From: Intrasporangium sp.
GTDB taxonomy: Bacteria > Actinomycetota > Actinomycetes > Actinomycetales > Dermatophilaceae
Assembly (NCBI RefSeq): GCF_032907665.1
Contig: NZ_JAJJPG010000002.1
Span: 5,320 to 69,319 of the forward strand
Length of the DNA: 64,000 nucleotides
Direction of reading: 5' to 3'
Part shown: piece by piece, positions 1-9,278 of the stretch
Layout of the letters: every line of letters begins with the position of its first letter
How positions within the stretch are numbered: the first letter of the stretch is position 1
The notes under the pieces: model-generated
What the model was told of the DNA's origin: nothing
Database searches by the model: none
What the model saw: the letters and a program-made list of their open reading frames with translations, nothing else
Made by a program: the position numbers and the translations under genes

Positions 1-7
1 GCAGACC

Positions 8-598
8 ATGGCGTTCTCCTGCTTCATCGTCGCCATCGGCCTGACCAACGACCTCAACAAGGGGATCATGGACCGTTTCCGGTCCCTGCCGATCTCGAGG
101 GCCTCCGTGCTCATCGGACGGAGCATCTCCAGCCTGATCCACTCCAGCATCGGCACAGTCGTCATGGCGGTCACCGGGCTCGTCATCGGCTGGCGCATCC
201 GGTCCGGCTTCCTCGACGCCGTGCTGGGCTTCGCGCTGCTGCTTCTCTTCGGCTTCGCGATGATCTGGATCGGCATCCTCGCCGGCTCGGCCCTCCGGAC
301 GGCGGAGGCGGTGCAGGGAGTGATGTTCACGGCGATCTTCCCGCTCACCTTCCTCGCAAACACGTTCGCCCCGCCCGAGCGCATGGTTCCCTTCCTGCGC
401 ACGATCGCCGAGTGGAACCCGATCTCCTCGCTCGTCCAGGCCATGCGGGAGCTCTGGGGCAACGCGCCACCACCGGCCGCCGATGCTGCCCTCCCGCTGC
501 ACCACCCGGTGCTCTCGACGGTGATCTGGGCCATCGCGCTGACGCTCGTCCTCGCCCCGCTGTCGATCCGGGCGTTCAACAAGCGCACGACCGACTGA
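8..598 (+). CDS. ABC-2 (DrrB-like) exporter permease, 5' end probably outside the window
   Basis: GIMDRFRSLP and AEWNPISSLVQAMRELWG motifs typical of DrrB permeases; hydrophobic helices; the frame appears open from the window edge. Confidence 0.88.
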   Translation: MAFSCFIVAIGLTNDLNKGIMDRFRSLPISRASVLIGRSISSLIHSSIGTVVMAVTGLVIGWRIRSGFLDAVLGFALLLLFGFAMIWIGILAGSALRTAEAVQGVMFTAIFPLTFLANTFAPPERMVPFLRTIAEWNPISSLVQAMRELWGNAPPPAADAALPLHHPVLSTVIWAIALTLVLAPLSIRAFNKRTTD

Positions 599-626
599 CG
601 CGCCGCCCGACGACGCTCCGCCGCCA

Positions 627-713
627 CCGGCAACACGCCCGGCAGTCGCACGCTCACCCCGGAAATTGCAGGGTGAGTTCGTGACTGCCGGGCGTGTTGG
701 CGGCCGGGGTCGG
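627..713. repeat. ~85-bp hairpin repeat, copy 1 (REP/MITE-like)
   Basis: Arms CAACACGCCCGGCAGTCGC (631-649) and GTGACTGCCGGGCGTGTTG (681-699), inner stem CTCACCC/GGGTGAG, loop CGGAAATTGCA; homologous copy at 31151-31234. Confidence 0.8.
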
Positions 714-1541
714 CTAGCGGCTGAGCTTCTGGAACGCGCGGACCGCGAGCGGAAGCGTCAGGACCGTGACGACCACCGGCCACAGCACCGCCAACAGTCC
801 GGCGTGGTCCGACAACCAGGTGGCCTCGACGCCGCCGGTGGTCGCCGCTCCGGGGTTGCCATACGTCTCACGCAACGCCGTCGCGGTCCACGAGAGCGGG
901 TTCCACTGGGCGATCGTGCCGAGCCAGGACGGCATCAGCTGGGGCGACGCGAAGGCGTTGGACAGCATCGTCAGCGGGTAGAGCAGCCCGAAGAGTCCGT
1001 TGGCCATCTCGGGGCTCGACGCCTTGAGCCCGAGAACGAGGCCGAGCCACATCATGGCGAGGCGCAGGAGCAGGAGCAGGCCGAAGCCGGCGGCGAAGCC
1101 GGCCAGTCCACTGTGCCACCGCCAGCCGACGAGCAGCCCACAGCCGATCATGATGAGCAGGCTGATCGCGCTGAACAGCATGCTCGCGATCACCCGACCG
1201 AGGACGACCGCTGACGGTGCGATCGGCATCGACCGGAAGCGGTCCATGACGCCCTTGCTGTTGTCGGCCTGCACAGCCGCGACGGTCTCGCCGAGTCCGA
1301 ACGCCATCGCCTGGACGAACATCCCCGGCATGAGGAACTCCTGGTAGCTGCCGCCGCCCGCCACCTGCATCGAGCCGCCCAGGACGTAGGCGAAGATGAG
1401 CACGAAGATGATGGGAAAGACGAGGCCCCACACGATCAGCTGGGGCTCCCGGACCCATTGGGCGACGTCCCGTCCGGCGATGAGCCACCCGTCGCGCAGT
1501 GCCCAACGGGCGCGCGTCGTCACCGGGGTGATCGCGGTCAT
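714..1541 (-). CDS. ABC-2 (DrrB-like) exporter permease
   Basis: GVMDRFRSMP and AQWNPLSWTATALRE motifs; ATGA overlap with the upstream ATPase. Confidence 0.9.
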   Translation of the reverse strand: MTAITPVTTRARWALRDGWLIAGRDVAQWVREPQLIVWGLVFPIIFVLIFAYVLGGSMQVAGGGSYQEFLMPGMFVQAMAFGLGETVAAVQADNSKGVMDRFRSMPIAPSAVVLGRVIASMLFSAISLLIMIGCGLLVGWRWHSGLAGFAAGFGLLLLLRLAMMWLGLVLGLKASSPEMANGLFGLLYPLTMLSNAFASPQLMPSWLGTIAQWNPLSWTATALRETYGNPGAATTGGVEATWLSDHAGLLAVLWPVVVTVLTLPLAVRAFQKLSR

Positions 1542-2548
1542 GCGACCACCTCCCGAGCGTCGGTCGGGTCGCTCTCGGCGGCCGCGGTGTCAGCCGAGTG
1601 CCCGGTGAGGGTGAGGAACACGTCGTCCAGCGTGGGTCGGCGCAGGGCCAGGTCATCGATCCGTATGCCGCTGTCCCCGAGCTCGGCGAGCACCGCCGAG
1701 ACCGCGCCCACCCGGTCGGACACCGGGGCGCTGACCTGCTTCAGGTCCACGTCGACCTGGGGCGCCTCGTCGGCCCATCGTGCGATGGCAGCCCGAGCGC
1801 GGTCGAGGTCTGCGGGGTCGACGACGGTGACCTCGAGCCGGTCGCCGCCGACGCGCCGTTTCAGCTCGTCCGGCCGACCCTCCGCAATGACGCGGCCATG
1901 GTCCATCACCGAGATACCGGCCGCGAGCTGGTCGGCCTCGTCGAGGTACTGCGTCGTCAGCAGGACGGTCGTGCCGTCGGCGACGAGCTGTCGAATCGCG
2001 GCCCACACCTCGCCCCGGTTGCGCGGGTCGAGGCCGGTCGTCGGCTCGTCGAGGAAGAGCACCTCCGGGCGGAAGAGCAGGGTGACCGCCAGGTCGAGGC
2101 GGCGGCGCATCCCCCCGGAGTACTTCTTCACCGGCTTGCCGGCCGCCTCGACGAGCCCGAAGCGCTCGAGCAGCTCGTCGGCTCTGGCCGCTGCGTCGCG
2201 CCTGCCCAGTCGCCCGAGCCTCCCGAAGAGGACGAGGTTCTGTCGGCCGCCGAGGATCTCGTCGACGGCAGCGGTCTGTCCGGACAGTCCGATGCGCCGC
2301 CGCACGCCCTGCGGATCGGCTCGCACGTCGACACCGGCGACCCTCGCCTCACCCTCCTGCAGGGCAAGCAAGGTCGCCAGTGTGCGGACGGCGGTGGTCT
2401 TGCCGGCTCCGTTGGGTCCGAGCAGTCCCCACACGACCCCGCGGGGCACGCGCAGGTCGAAGCCGTCCAGAGCGCGCTCCCGGCCGTACGTCTTGACGAG
2501 TCCTCGCGCGAGAATCGCGTCATCAGGTCCTGGCCCACCGAGTGCCAT
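1538..2548 (-). CDS. DrrA-family ABC exporter ATP-binding protein
   Basis: Walker A GPNGAGKT, signature YSGGMRRRLDLA, Walker B LFLDEPTTGLD; GAGGGG RBS before the ATG at 2548. Confidence 0.92.
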   Translation of the reverse strand: MALGGPGPDDAILARGLVKTYGRERALDGFDLRVPRGVVWGLLGPNGAGKTTAVRTLATLLALQEGEARVAGVDVRADPQGVRRRIGLSGQTAAVDEILGGRQNLVLFGRLGRLGRRDAAARADELLERFGLVEAAGKPVKKYSGGMRRRLDLAVTLLFRPEVLFLDEPTTGLDPRNRGEVWAAIRQLVADGTTVLLTTQYLDEADQLAAGISVMDHGRVIAEGRPDELKRRVGGDRLEVTVVDPADLDRARAAIARWADEAPQVDVDLKQVSAPVSDRVGAVSAVLAELGDSGIRIDDLALRRPTLDDVFLTLTGHSADTAAAESDPTDAREVVA

Positions 2549-2566
2549 GTCAGTCCCCTCTGGTAA

Positions 2567-2612
2567 CTTTACGGTGTAAAGCATTGCTGGGACAGATTAA
2601 AGTACGCCGTAA
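2567..2612. promoter_or_regulatory. Candidate TetR operators in the drrA/tetR divergent promoter
   Basis: Palindrome CTTTAC-GGT-GTAAAG (2567-2581) and related TACGCCGTAA (2603-2612). Confidence 0.65.
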
Positions 2613-2626
2613 GGAGTTGGCAAGCC

Positions 2627-3436
2627 GTGGTCATCTACGTGGGCCAGGGAGACCCCGAGAAGTCCATGCGCCTGTTGTGGACCGGCTCGGTGGAGCCGGA
2701 GAACCCGCAGGTCAGACGCGGTCCCAAGGCCGGCCTGACCGCAGGGAGCATCGTCGCTGCGGCGATCGCGCTCGCCGACGAGGGCGGCATCGACGCCGTG
2801 TCGATGCGCGCGGTGGGCCAGCGGCTCGGCAAGACGCCCATGGCGCTCTACACGTACGTGCCCAGCAAGGCCGAGCTCATCGACCTCATGTGGGACACCG
2901 CGCTCGGCGAGCTGCCGGACGACTACGACACCGGCGAGGGGTGGCGCCCGGCCCTGCGCCGCTGGGCCCACGACCTGCGCGCATTCCTGCTCCGGCACCC
3001 GTGGATCCTCGACGTCTCCGGAGCACGAGTCGGCATGGGTCCCAACGAGACCCGCAACCAGGAGACGTCCGCGAGGATCCTCGCCGGACTCGGGCTCCCG
3101 GGCGCAGCCCTCATGTCCTGCATCTGGTCTGTCGGCAGCTTCGTGCACGGCAACGCCCGACCGATGGCGGAGACCCGGCAGGCCGAGGTGGTCACCGGGG
3201 TCGGCGAGACGGAGTGGTGGCTGGCCCGCTCGCGGATGCTCGAGGAGGTTGCGCCCGACTACGCCGAGCGTTTCCCCGTGCTCACCCGGATGGCGGCAGA
3301 GGGAGCCTTCGACCAGGTCGACCTCGAGGGGTCCTACCTCGAGGCAGAGTACGACACCGTGTTCGAGTTCGGCCTGGAGCGGATGCTCGACGGGCTCGAG
3401 CGGTTCATCGACGCACACTCCACCCGCGAGGGCTGA
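2627..3436 (+). CDS. TetR/AcrR family regulator with TetR_C domain
   Basis: HTH SMRAVGQRLGKTPMALYTYVPSKAELIDLM; divergent from the ABC exporter. Confidence 0.92.
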   Translation: MVIYVGQGDPEKSMRLLWTGSVEPENPQVRRGPKAGLTAGSIVAAAIALADEGGIDAVSMRAVGQRLGKTPMALYTYVPSKAELIDLMWDTALGELPDDYDTGEGWRPALRRWAHDLRAFLLRHPWILDVSGARVGMGPNETRNQETSARILAGLGLPGAALMSCIWSVGSFVHGNARPMAETRQAEVVTGVGETEWWLARSRMLEEVAPDYAERFPVLTRMAAEGAFDQVDLEGSYLEAEYDTVFEFGLERMLDGLERFIDAHSTREG

Positions 3437-3523
3437 CGCGAGGCACGGACCCTGGAAGGACCCGGGCAAGCGAGACCGAGCCCAGCGGCATACGGGAAAG
3501 TGGCGTGTCGTCCCCTCAGGTGT

Positions 3524-4321
3524 TCACCCGACGCGCGAGCGGAGCCACTCGATGTCGGCGGCCTGCCCGGCCGTCCCGCCCGGTGTCTCGCAGACCACCG
3601 GTGCTCCCGCCGCACGGATGACCTCGGCGAGCGCGTCGCCGTCGATGTGCCCGGATCCGAGGTTGGTGTGCCGGTCGGCGCCGGAGTCGAAGGCGTCACG
3701 TGAGTCGTTGGCGTGCACGAGGTCGATCCGACCGGTGATGGCGCGGACCTGGTCGACGACGCTGCCGAGGTCGTTGCCTCCCGCGTGGGCGTGGCAGGTG
3801 TCGAGGCAGAAGCCCACCGCGTCGCCACCGCTCGCCGCGCCGATCGCGTCCCACAGGCGCGCGATCGCCTCCAGTCGGCGGGCCATGGCGTTGTCCCCGC
3901 CCGCGGTGTTCTCGATGAGGAGGGGGACCGGCATGTCGAGACCGTCGATGCACTTGCGCCAGTTGTCGAACCCCACGGCAGCGTCCTCCTCGACGCCGAG
4001 GTGGCCTCCGTGGACGATGACGCCCTTGGCGCCGATCTCAGCCGCCGCGAGGAGGTGCTGCTGGAGCAGCTTGCGGCCGGGGATCCGGATCCGGTTGTTG
4101 AGGCTCGCGACGTTGATCGGGTAGGGAGCGTGGACGTAGAGGTCGACTCCGGCCGCGGCCGCCTCCGCCTTCAGGGCGCTCGCGCCCCCGGGGTAGCGCA
4201 CGACCGGGCCCTTGTAGCTCTGGGGGTCACCGAGGAAGATCTGCGAGATGGACGCGCCGCGCGCCCGCGCCTCCGCGATGGGGTCCTCCTGGTCGACGTG
4301 GGCACCGATGTGAAGAGGCAT
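3524..4321 (-). CDS. nfo: Endonuclease IV (deoxyribonuclease IV)
   Basis: HAPY, IENTAG, CLDTCH, HANDS, DRH and CET metal-ligand motifs; TAGGCT -10 six nt before the ATG (leaderless). Confidence 0.9.
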   Translation of the reverse strand: MPLHIGAHVDQEDPIAEARARGASISQIFLGDPQSYKGPVVRYPGGASALKAEAAAAGVDLYVHAPYPINVASLNNRIRIPGRKLLQQHLLAAAEIGAKGVIVHGGHLGVEEDAAVGFDNWRKCIDGLDMPVPLLIENTAGGDNAMARRLEAIARLWDAIGAASGGDAVGFCLDTCHAHAGGNDLGSVVDQVRAITGRIDLVHANDSRDAFDSGADRHTNLGSGHIDGDALAEVIRAAGAPVVCETPGGTAGQAADIEWLRSRVG

Positions 4322-4392
4322 GCGACCAGCCTACGGGCGACCGGCGACGGGCTCCGGGGACAGGGCTCCGCGGCCCGCGACGTCTCACCTCC

Positions 4393-4409
4393 TGTCAAAA
4401 TGGTTGACA
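4393..4409. promoter_or_regulatory. Palindrome TGTCAA-N5-TTGACA upstream of the opp operon
   Basis: Perfect 6-bp inverted repeat in an AT-rich intergenic stretch; the right arm is a consensus -35. Confidence 0.55.
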
Positions 4410-4512
4410 ACGCTTCCATAACATGAGTGCCCTGAGTTGCGTCACCTGCCGCTCCCGGTGAAAGTGTGTCCCCAACCCCCAGATATCCCCGGGGTTTCAC
4501 AAGGAGGAGCCG

Positions 4513-6174
4513 ATGAAGGTTCGCAGGTCCGTGAATATCGCGGTCGCAACCGCAATGACGATGATGGTGGTGGCAGCGTGCAGCAGCAGCGAGACACCGA
4601 GTCCTGGCGCGACGGGTGGTGGTGGAGAAGCGACGGGTCAGCAGGGCGGTGATCTTCGGATCTATGCCTCTGAGCCGGCGTTCCTGCTCCCGACCGCTGG
4701 AGACGACGAGCCCTCGATTCTCGTCATCCGCCAGCTCTACCGCGGTCTGGTCAAGTACAACGCGGAGTCCGGCAAGGAGGAGATGGACCTCGCCGAGTCG
4801 ATCGAGTCGAGCGACCAGAAGAACTGGACCATCAAGATCAAGCCTGGCTACACGTTCGAGAACGGCGAGCCGGTCAACGCCGACGCGTTCATCCGTGCGT
4901 GGAACTACGCGGCGTACTCGCCGAACGCCCAGAACAACGCCTACTTCATGTCGCGGATCGCGGGCATCGACGAGATGACGTCCGAGGACCCGGACGGCGA
5001 TGGGCCCAAGGAGGCCCCCGAGCCGGCCGCCCAGGAGCTCTCCGGCCTCAAGAAGGTCAGCGACAACGAGTTCACCGTCGAGCTCAAGGAGCCGTTCGCC
5101 GCCTTCCCGGTGACGCTCGGCTACTCGGGCTTCTTCCCGATGGCGGACGCGTGCATCCAGGACACGAAGGCGTGCAACGAGAAGCCAATCGGCAACGGGC
5201 CCTACAAGATGGAGGGCACGTGGGAGCACAACGTCGGCATCAAGCTGGTCCGTAGCGACACGTGGGCCGGCGACAAGAACGACGCGATGGCCGACAGCCT
5301 GTCCTACAAGATCTACGCCGACGTCGACGCCGGCTACGCCGCCTACCAGGCGGGCGAGATCGACGTGATGTACACCATCCCGCCGGCTCGCTACAAGGAG
5401 GCCAAGGCCCAGTACGGCGACCTGCTGTACGAGGCACCGGGTGACTCGTTCACCTACGTCGGCCTGCCGCTCTACCGCGACGAGTTCAAGGACAAGCGCA
5501 TCCGCCAGGCCCTGTCGCTCGCGCTGGACCGGCAGCCGATCATCGACGCGGTCTTCGACGGCCGCTTCACGGCCGCCACGGGTTTCGTGGCCCCGACCTT
5601 CGAGGGCTTCCGTCCCGACGTCTGCAAGTACTGCAAGCAGGACGTCGAGAAGGCCAAGCAGCTGCTCGACGAGGCCGGTGGCTACGACGGCAAGCTGACG
5701 CTCTGGGCCAACGCCGGTGCGGGTCACGAGCAGTGGCTCCAGGCCGTCGGTGACCAGATCAAGGCCGCGCTCGGCATCGACTACGAGATCCGCGTGAACC
5801 TCCAGTTCCCGGAGTACCTCGCCACGGCCGACGCCAACAAGTTCACCGGTCCGTTCCGCCTCGGCTGGGGCCCGGACTACCCCGTCATCGAGACCTACCT
5901 CAAGCCGCTCTACGGCACGGGTGGCTCGAGCAACAACTCCGGGTACGCCAACCCGGAGTTCGACAAGCTGATCAGTGAGGGTGACTCGGCGGCCGACACG
6001 GCCGGCGCCATCGCCAAGTACCAGGCTGCCGAGGACCTCCTCGGCGAGGACATGCCGGTCATTCCGATGTGGTTCAGCAAGGTTGCGGCTCTCTACAGCG
6101 AGAACGTCGACCAGTTCGTCTGGAACAAGATCTCCGACGCTGAGTACGGGAAGATCACGCTCAAGCAGCAGTGA
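4513..6174 (+). CDS. oppA: Oligopeptide ABC substrate-binding lipoprotein (OppA/DppA)
   Basis: Lipobox VAAC; family-5 SBP motifs (PIGNGPYK, RIRQALSLALDR); AGGAGG RBS. Confidence 0.9.
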   Translation: MKVRRSVNIAVATAMTMMVVAACSSSETPSPGATGGGGEATGQQGGDLRIYASEPAFLLPTAGDDEPSILVIRQLYRGLVKYNAESGKEEMDLAESIESSDQKNWTIKIKPGYTFENGEPVNADAFIRAWNYAAYSPNAQNNAYFMSRIAGIDEMTSEDPDGDGPKEAPEPAAQELSGLKKVSDNEFTVELKEPFAAFPVTLGYSGFFPMADACIQDTKACNEKPIGNGPYKMEGTWEHNVGIKLVRSDTWAGDKNDAMADSLSYKIYADVDAGYAAYQAGEIDVMYTIPPARYKEAKAQYGDLLYEAPGDSFTYVGLPLYRDEFKDKRIRQALSLALDRQPIIDAVFDGRFTAATGFVAPTFEGFRPDVCKYCKQDVEKAKQLLDEAGGYDGKLTLWANAGAGHEQWLQAVGDQIKAALGIDYEIRVNLQFPEYLATADANKFTGPFRLGWGPDYPVIETYLKPLYGTGGSSNNSGYANPEFDKLISEGDSAADTAGAIAKYQAAEDLLGEDMPVIPMWFSKVAALYSENVDQFVWNKISDAEYGKITLKQQ

Positions 6175-6207
6175 CGGCCCGACCCAGCTGACACCAGTTC
6201 CAGGCTT

Positions 6208-6247
6208 GGTGGCGGCGGCGACCCGGAGCAGGGTCGTCGCCGCCACC
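6208..6247 (+). terminator. 17-bp stem intra-operon hairpin after oppA (mRNA stabiliser or partial terminator)
   Basis: GGTGGCGGCGGCGACCC-GGAGCA-GGGTCGTCGCCGCCACC, with one G.U pair. Confidence 0.7.
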
Positions 6248-6272
6248 GGCACGTCGATAGGAGACCCCGACC

Positions 6273-7283
6273 GTGGGGAGATACGTCATCCGGCGGGTGC
6301 TTCAGTTCATCCCGACCGTGCTCGGCACGATGTTTCTGCTGCACTACATCACGTCACTCGGCATCCAGCTGACCGGCAACCCGGTGCGTGCGCTGTTCGG
6401 CGACCGCACGCCGACACCCGCCATGCTCGCGGCGCTCTCGGAGCGCCTCAACATGAACGACCCCTGCCTCACGCAGACCGGAAACCCCTGCTTCGGCCTC
6501 TTCGCCGAGCGCATCGGCAACATCGCCCAGTGGGACTTCGGCATCAGCCTCGTGGGGCAGCGTGAGGTCACCGACATCATTGCCAACGCCCTGCCCTACA
6601 CCGTCCGCCTCGCAGTGATCGGCTTCCTCTTCGAGGCGATCGTCGGGGTCGTCGCCGGTGTCCTCGCCGGCCTTCGCAGCGGCGGTTTCGTCGACTACTT
6701 CGTCAAGATCTCGACGACGCTCATCATCGCGGTGCCGATCTTCGTGCTCGGCATCGTCATCCGGGAGTTCGTCGGAGTGAAGTTCGGCAACACCCTGCGC
6801 TCCGATCCGAGCTTCCCCGAGATCATCTCGAGAGGCATCTTCTCGGCCGGCTACAAGCCGGACTACCCGTGGGCCAGCCTCGTCATTCCGGGACTCGTGC
6901 TCGGTGCGACCAGCCTCGCGGTCACCGCCCGCCTGACGAGGACGAGCATGATGGAGAACGTGCGCGCGGACTATGTTCGCACGGCACGGGCCAAGGGCCT
7001 GATGCAACGGCGCATCGTGGGGGTGCACACCCTGCGCAACTCACTCATCCCGGTCGTCACCTCCCTCGGCGTCGACCTGGGCGTCCTCATGGGTGGCGCC
7101 GTCGTCACCGAGACCATCTTCAACGTGCCCGGCATCGGGCGCGTCGCCGCGCAGAGTGCCCGAACGGGAGACGCCAGTGTGGTCATCGGCATCGTGACCC
7201 TCGCTGCCCTGATCTTCCTGGTCGCCAACCTTCTGGTCGACATCCTCTACGCGGTCCTCGACCCACGCATCCGATACGAGTGA
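6273..7283 (+). CDS. oppB: Peptide ABC permease OppB
   Basis: EAA-loop region DYVRTARAKGL; typical C-terminus LYAVLDPRIRY. Confidence 0.92.
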   Translation: MGRYVIRRVLQFIPTVLGTMFLLHYITSLGIQLTGNPVRALFGDRTPTPAMLAALSERLNMNDPCLTQTGNPCFGLFAERIGNIAQWDFGISLVGQREVTDIIANALPYTVRLAVIGFLFEAIVGVVAGVLAGLRSGGFVDYFVKISTTLIIAVPIFVLGIVIREFVGVKFGNTLRSDPSFPEIISRGIFSAGYKPDYPWASLVIPGLVLGATSLAVTARLTRTSMMENVRADYVRTARAKGLMQRRIVGVHTLRNSLIPVVTSLGVDLGVLMGGAVVTETIFNVPGIGRVAAQSARTGDASVVIGIVTLAALIFLVANLLVDILYAVLDPRIRYE

Positions 7284-7297
7284 GCGGGAGCAGACAA

Positions 7298-8227
7298 ATG
7301 AGTGATCTCGTACCCACCGCTTCCGCCGATGACACGGCGACTGCCCATCCCCCGACCTCGGAGGGGCCAGGCACATCCGAGGAAGCGGCCAGCCTGTGGA
7401 GCGACGCCCGCAAGCAGCTGATCCGCAACCCCATCTTCTTGATCTCGGCGCTCTACATCCTCGTGGTCGGATCGATGGCGATCTTCCCGCAGCTGTGGAC
7501 CGACGAGGACCCCCGCAACTGTCCCATCACCCGCAGCCGGCAGCCTCCGCAGGAGGGCCACCCGTTCGGGTTCAACATCCTCGGCTGTGACTACTACTCC
7601 CACGCCATCTACGGAGCGCAGCCGTCGCTGTCGATCGCCATCGGAGCCACCGTGGGGATCGTCATCATCGGCGGCACGCTCGGACTGCTCGCCGGGTTCT
7701 ACGGTGGCTGGGTCGACAGCATCATCTCCCGGATCATCGACATCTTCCTGTCGCTGCCGTTCCTGCTCGGTGCGCTCGTCTTCCTCACCGTCGTCAAGGT
7801 GCAGAACATCCTGACGATCACGATGGTGCTGGTCATCCTCGGCTGGACGACGATCGCCCGCGTCATGCGAGGTGCCGTGCTGTCGGCGAAGAACCTCGAC
7901 TACGTCCTTGCGGCGAGGTCGCTCGGGGCGGGGAACGGGCGCATCATGCTGCGGCACATCCTGCCGAACGCCGTCGCGCCCGTGACGGTGCTCGCGACGA
8001 TCGCCCTCGGCAGCTTCGTCGCGGCCGAGGCAACGTTGACCTTCCTCGGCGTCGGCCTGCAGCCGCCGGAGGAGTCGTGGGGGATCATGATCACGGCCCA
8101 CCAGGTCTACTTCCTGGAGTCACCGTGGCTGTTGATCTTCCCGATGGTTCTGCTCATCGGCACCGTGCTGAGCTTCATCCTCATGGGTGACGCGCTGCGC
8201 GATGCCCTCGACCCGAAGATGCGGTGA
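7298..8227 (+). CDS. oppC: Peptide ABC permease OppC
   Basis: HPFG, DYVLAARSLGA, RHILPN and GDALRDALDPK motifs. Confidence 0.92.
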   Translation: MSDLVPTASADDTATAHPPTSEGPGTSEEAASLWSDARKQLIRNPIFLISALYILVVGSMAIFPQLWTDEDPRNCPITRSRQPPQEGHPFGFNILGCDYYSHAIYGAQPSLSIAIGATVGIVIIGGTLGLLAGFYGGWVDSIISRIIDIFLSLPFLLGALVFLTVVKVQNILTITMVLVILGWTTIARVMRGAVLSAKNLDYVLAARSLGAGNGRIMLRHILPNAVAPVTVLATIALGSFVAAEATLTFLGVGLQPPEESWGIMITAHQVYFLESPWLLIFPMVLLIGTVLSFILMGDALRDALDPKMR

Positions 8228-8231
8228 CCTG

Positions 8232-9278
8232 ATGACCACCGAAGCCCCAGCCAAGCCGGACTCGTCGGCTCGCTTCCTCAGCCAGCTCGACCTGACCGCC
8301 CCGCCCCTCGAGGTGCGGGACCTCCACGTCGAGTTCACCACCACGAGCGGCCGGGCCCACGCGGTCAACGGCATGAACTTCGTGCTCGACCAAGGTGAGA
8401 CGCGGGCGATCCTCGGCGAGTCCGGATCTGGCAAGAGCGTCACGGCGCAGGCCATCATGGGCATCCTCGACACTCCCCCCGCGCAGATCACCAAGGGCGA
8501 GATCCTCTATCGCGGCGTCGACCTGCTCAAGATCTCCGACGAGGACCGTCGGCGGGTGCGGGCCAACCACATCGCGATGATCTTCCAGGACGCGCTCTCG
8601 GCCCTCAACCCGGTCTTCACCGTGGGCTTCCAGCTCGGGGAGCTCTACCGGAAGCACCGCGGGATGTCCCGTCAGGCCGCGAAGGCCAAGGCCGTCGAGC
8701 TGCTCGACATGGTGCGGATCCCGGCGGCCAAGGACCGGGTCAACGACTTCCCGCACCAGTTCTCGGGCGGGATGAGGCAGCGCGTCATGATCGCGATGGC
8801 CCTGGCCCTCGAGCCGGAGATCCTCATCGCGGACGAGCCGACCACGGCCCTCGACGTGACGGTCCAGGCGCAGGTGATGGGGCTGTTGTCCGAGCTCCAG
8901 GCCGAGCACAACATGAGCCTGATCCTCATCACCCACGACATGGGTGTCGTGGCTGACGTCGCCGACTCGATCTCGGTCATGTATGCCGGACGGGTCGTCG
9001 AGGACGCTCCGGTGCGCGACATCTACGCCCGGCCGGCCCACCCCTACACGAAGGCGCTGCTGGAGTCGATCCCGCGCGTCGACATGAAGGGGCAGCAGCT
9101 CGCCGTCATCAAAGGCCTGCCGCCGGTACTCACCAACATCCCGCCCGGCTGCGCCTTCCATCCTCGCTGCAAGTTCGCGCAGGACAACTGCAAGGTCCCG
9201 CCGGAGCCACCGCACTACGACGTCGACGTGGACCGGGTCGCCGCGTGCCACTACTGGAGGGAGGTCATCGACTCATGA
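8232..9278 (+). CDS. oppD: Peptide ABC ATPase OppD
   Basis: GESGSGKS, PHQFSGGMRQR, ADEPTTALDV, HPYT. Confidence 0.93.
   Translation: MTTEAPAKPDSSARFLSQLDLTAPPLEVRDLHVEFTTTSGRAHAVNGMNFVLDQGETRAILGESGSGKSVTAQAIMGILDTPPAQITKGEILYRGVDLLKISDEDRRRVRANHIAMIFQDALSALNPVFTVGFQLGELYRKHRGMSRQAAKAKAVELLDMVRIPAAKDRVNDFPHQFSGGMRQRVMIAMALALEPEILIADEPTTALDVTVQAQVMGLLSELQAEHNMSLILITHDMGVVADVADSISVMYAGRVVEDAPVRDIYARPAHPYTKALLESIPRVDMKGQQLAVIKGLPPVLTNIPPGCAFHPRCKFAQDNCKVPPEPPHYDVDVDRVAACHYWREVIDS

Noticed and set aside
8981-8988. GTATGCCG partial motif in oppD (also partials at 31294 and 54933)
   Set aside because: Matches of 8-10 bp in MYAG/YAV/YAA coding contexts could be chance, so they were excluded from the exact counts.
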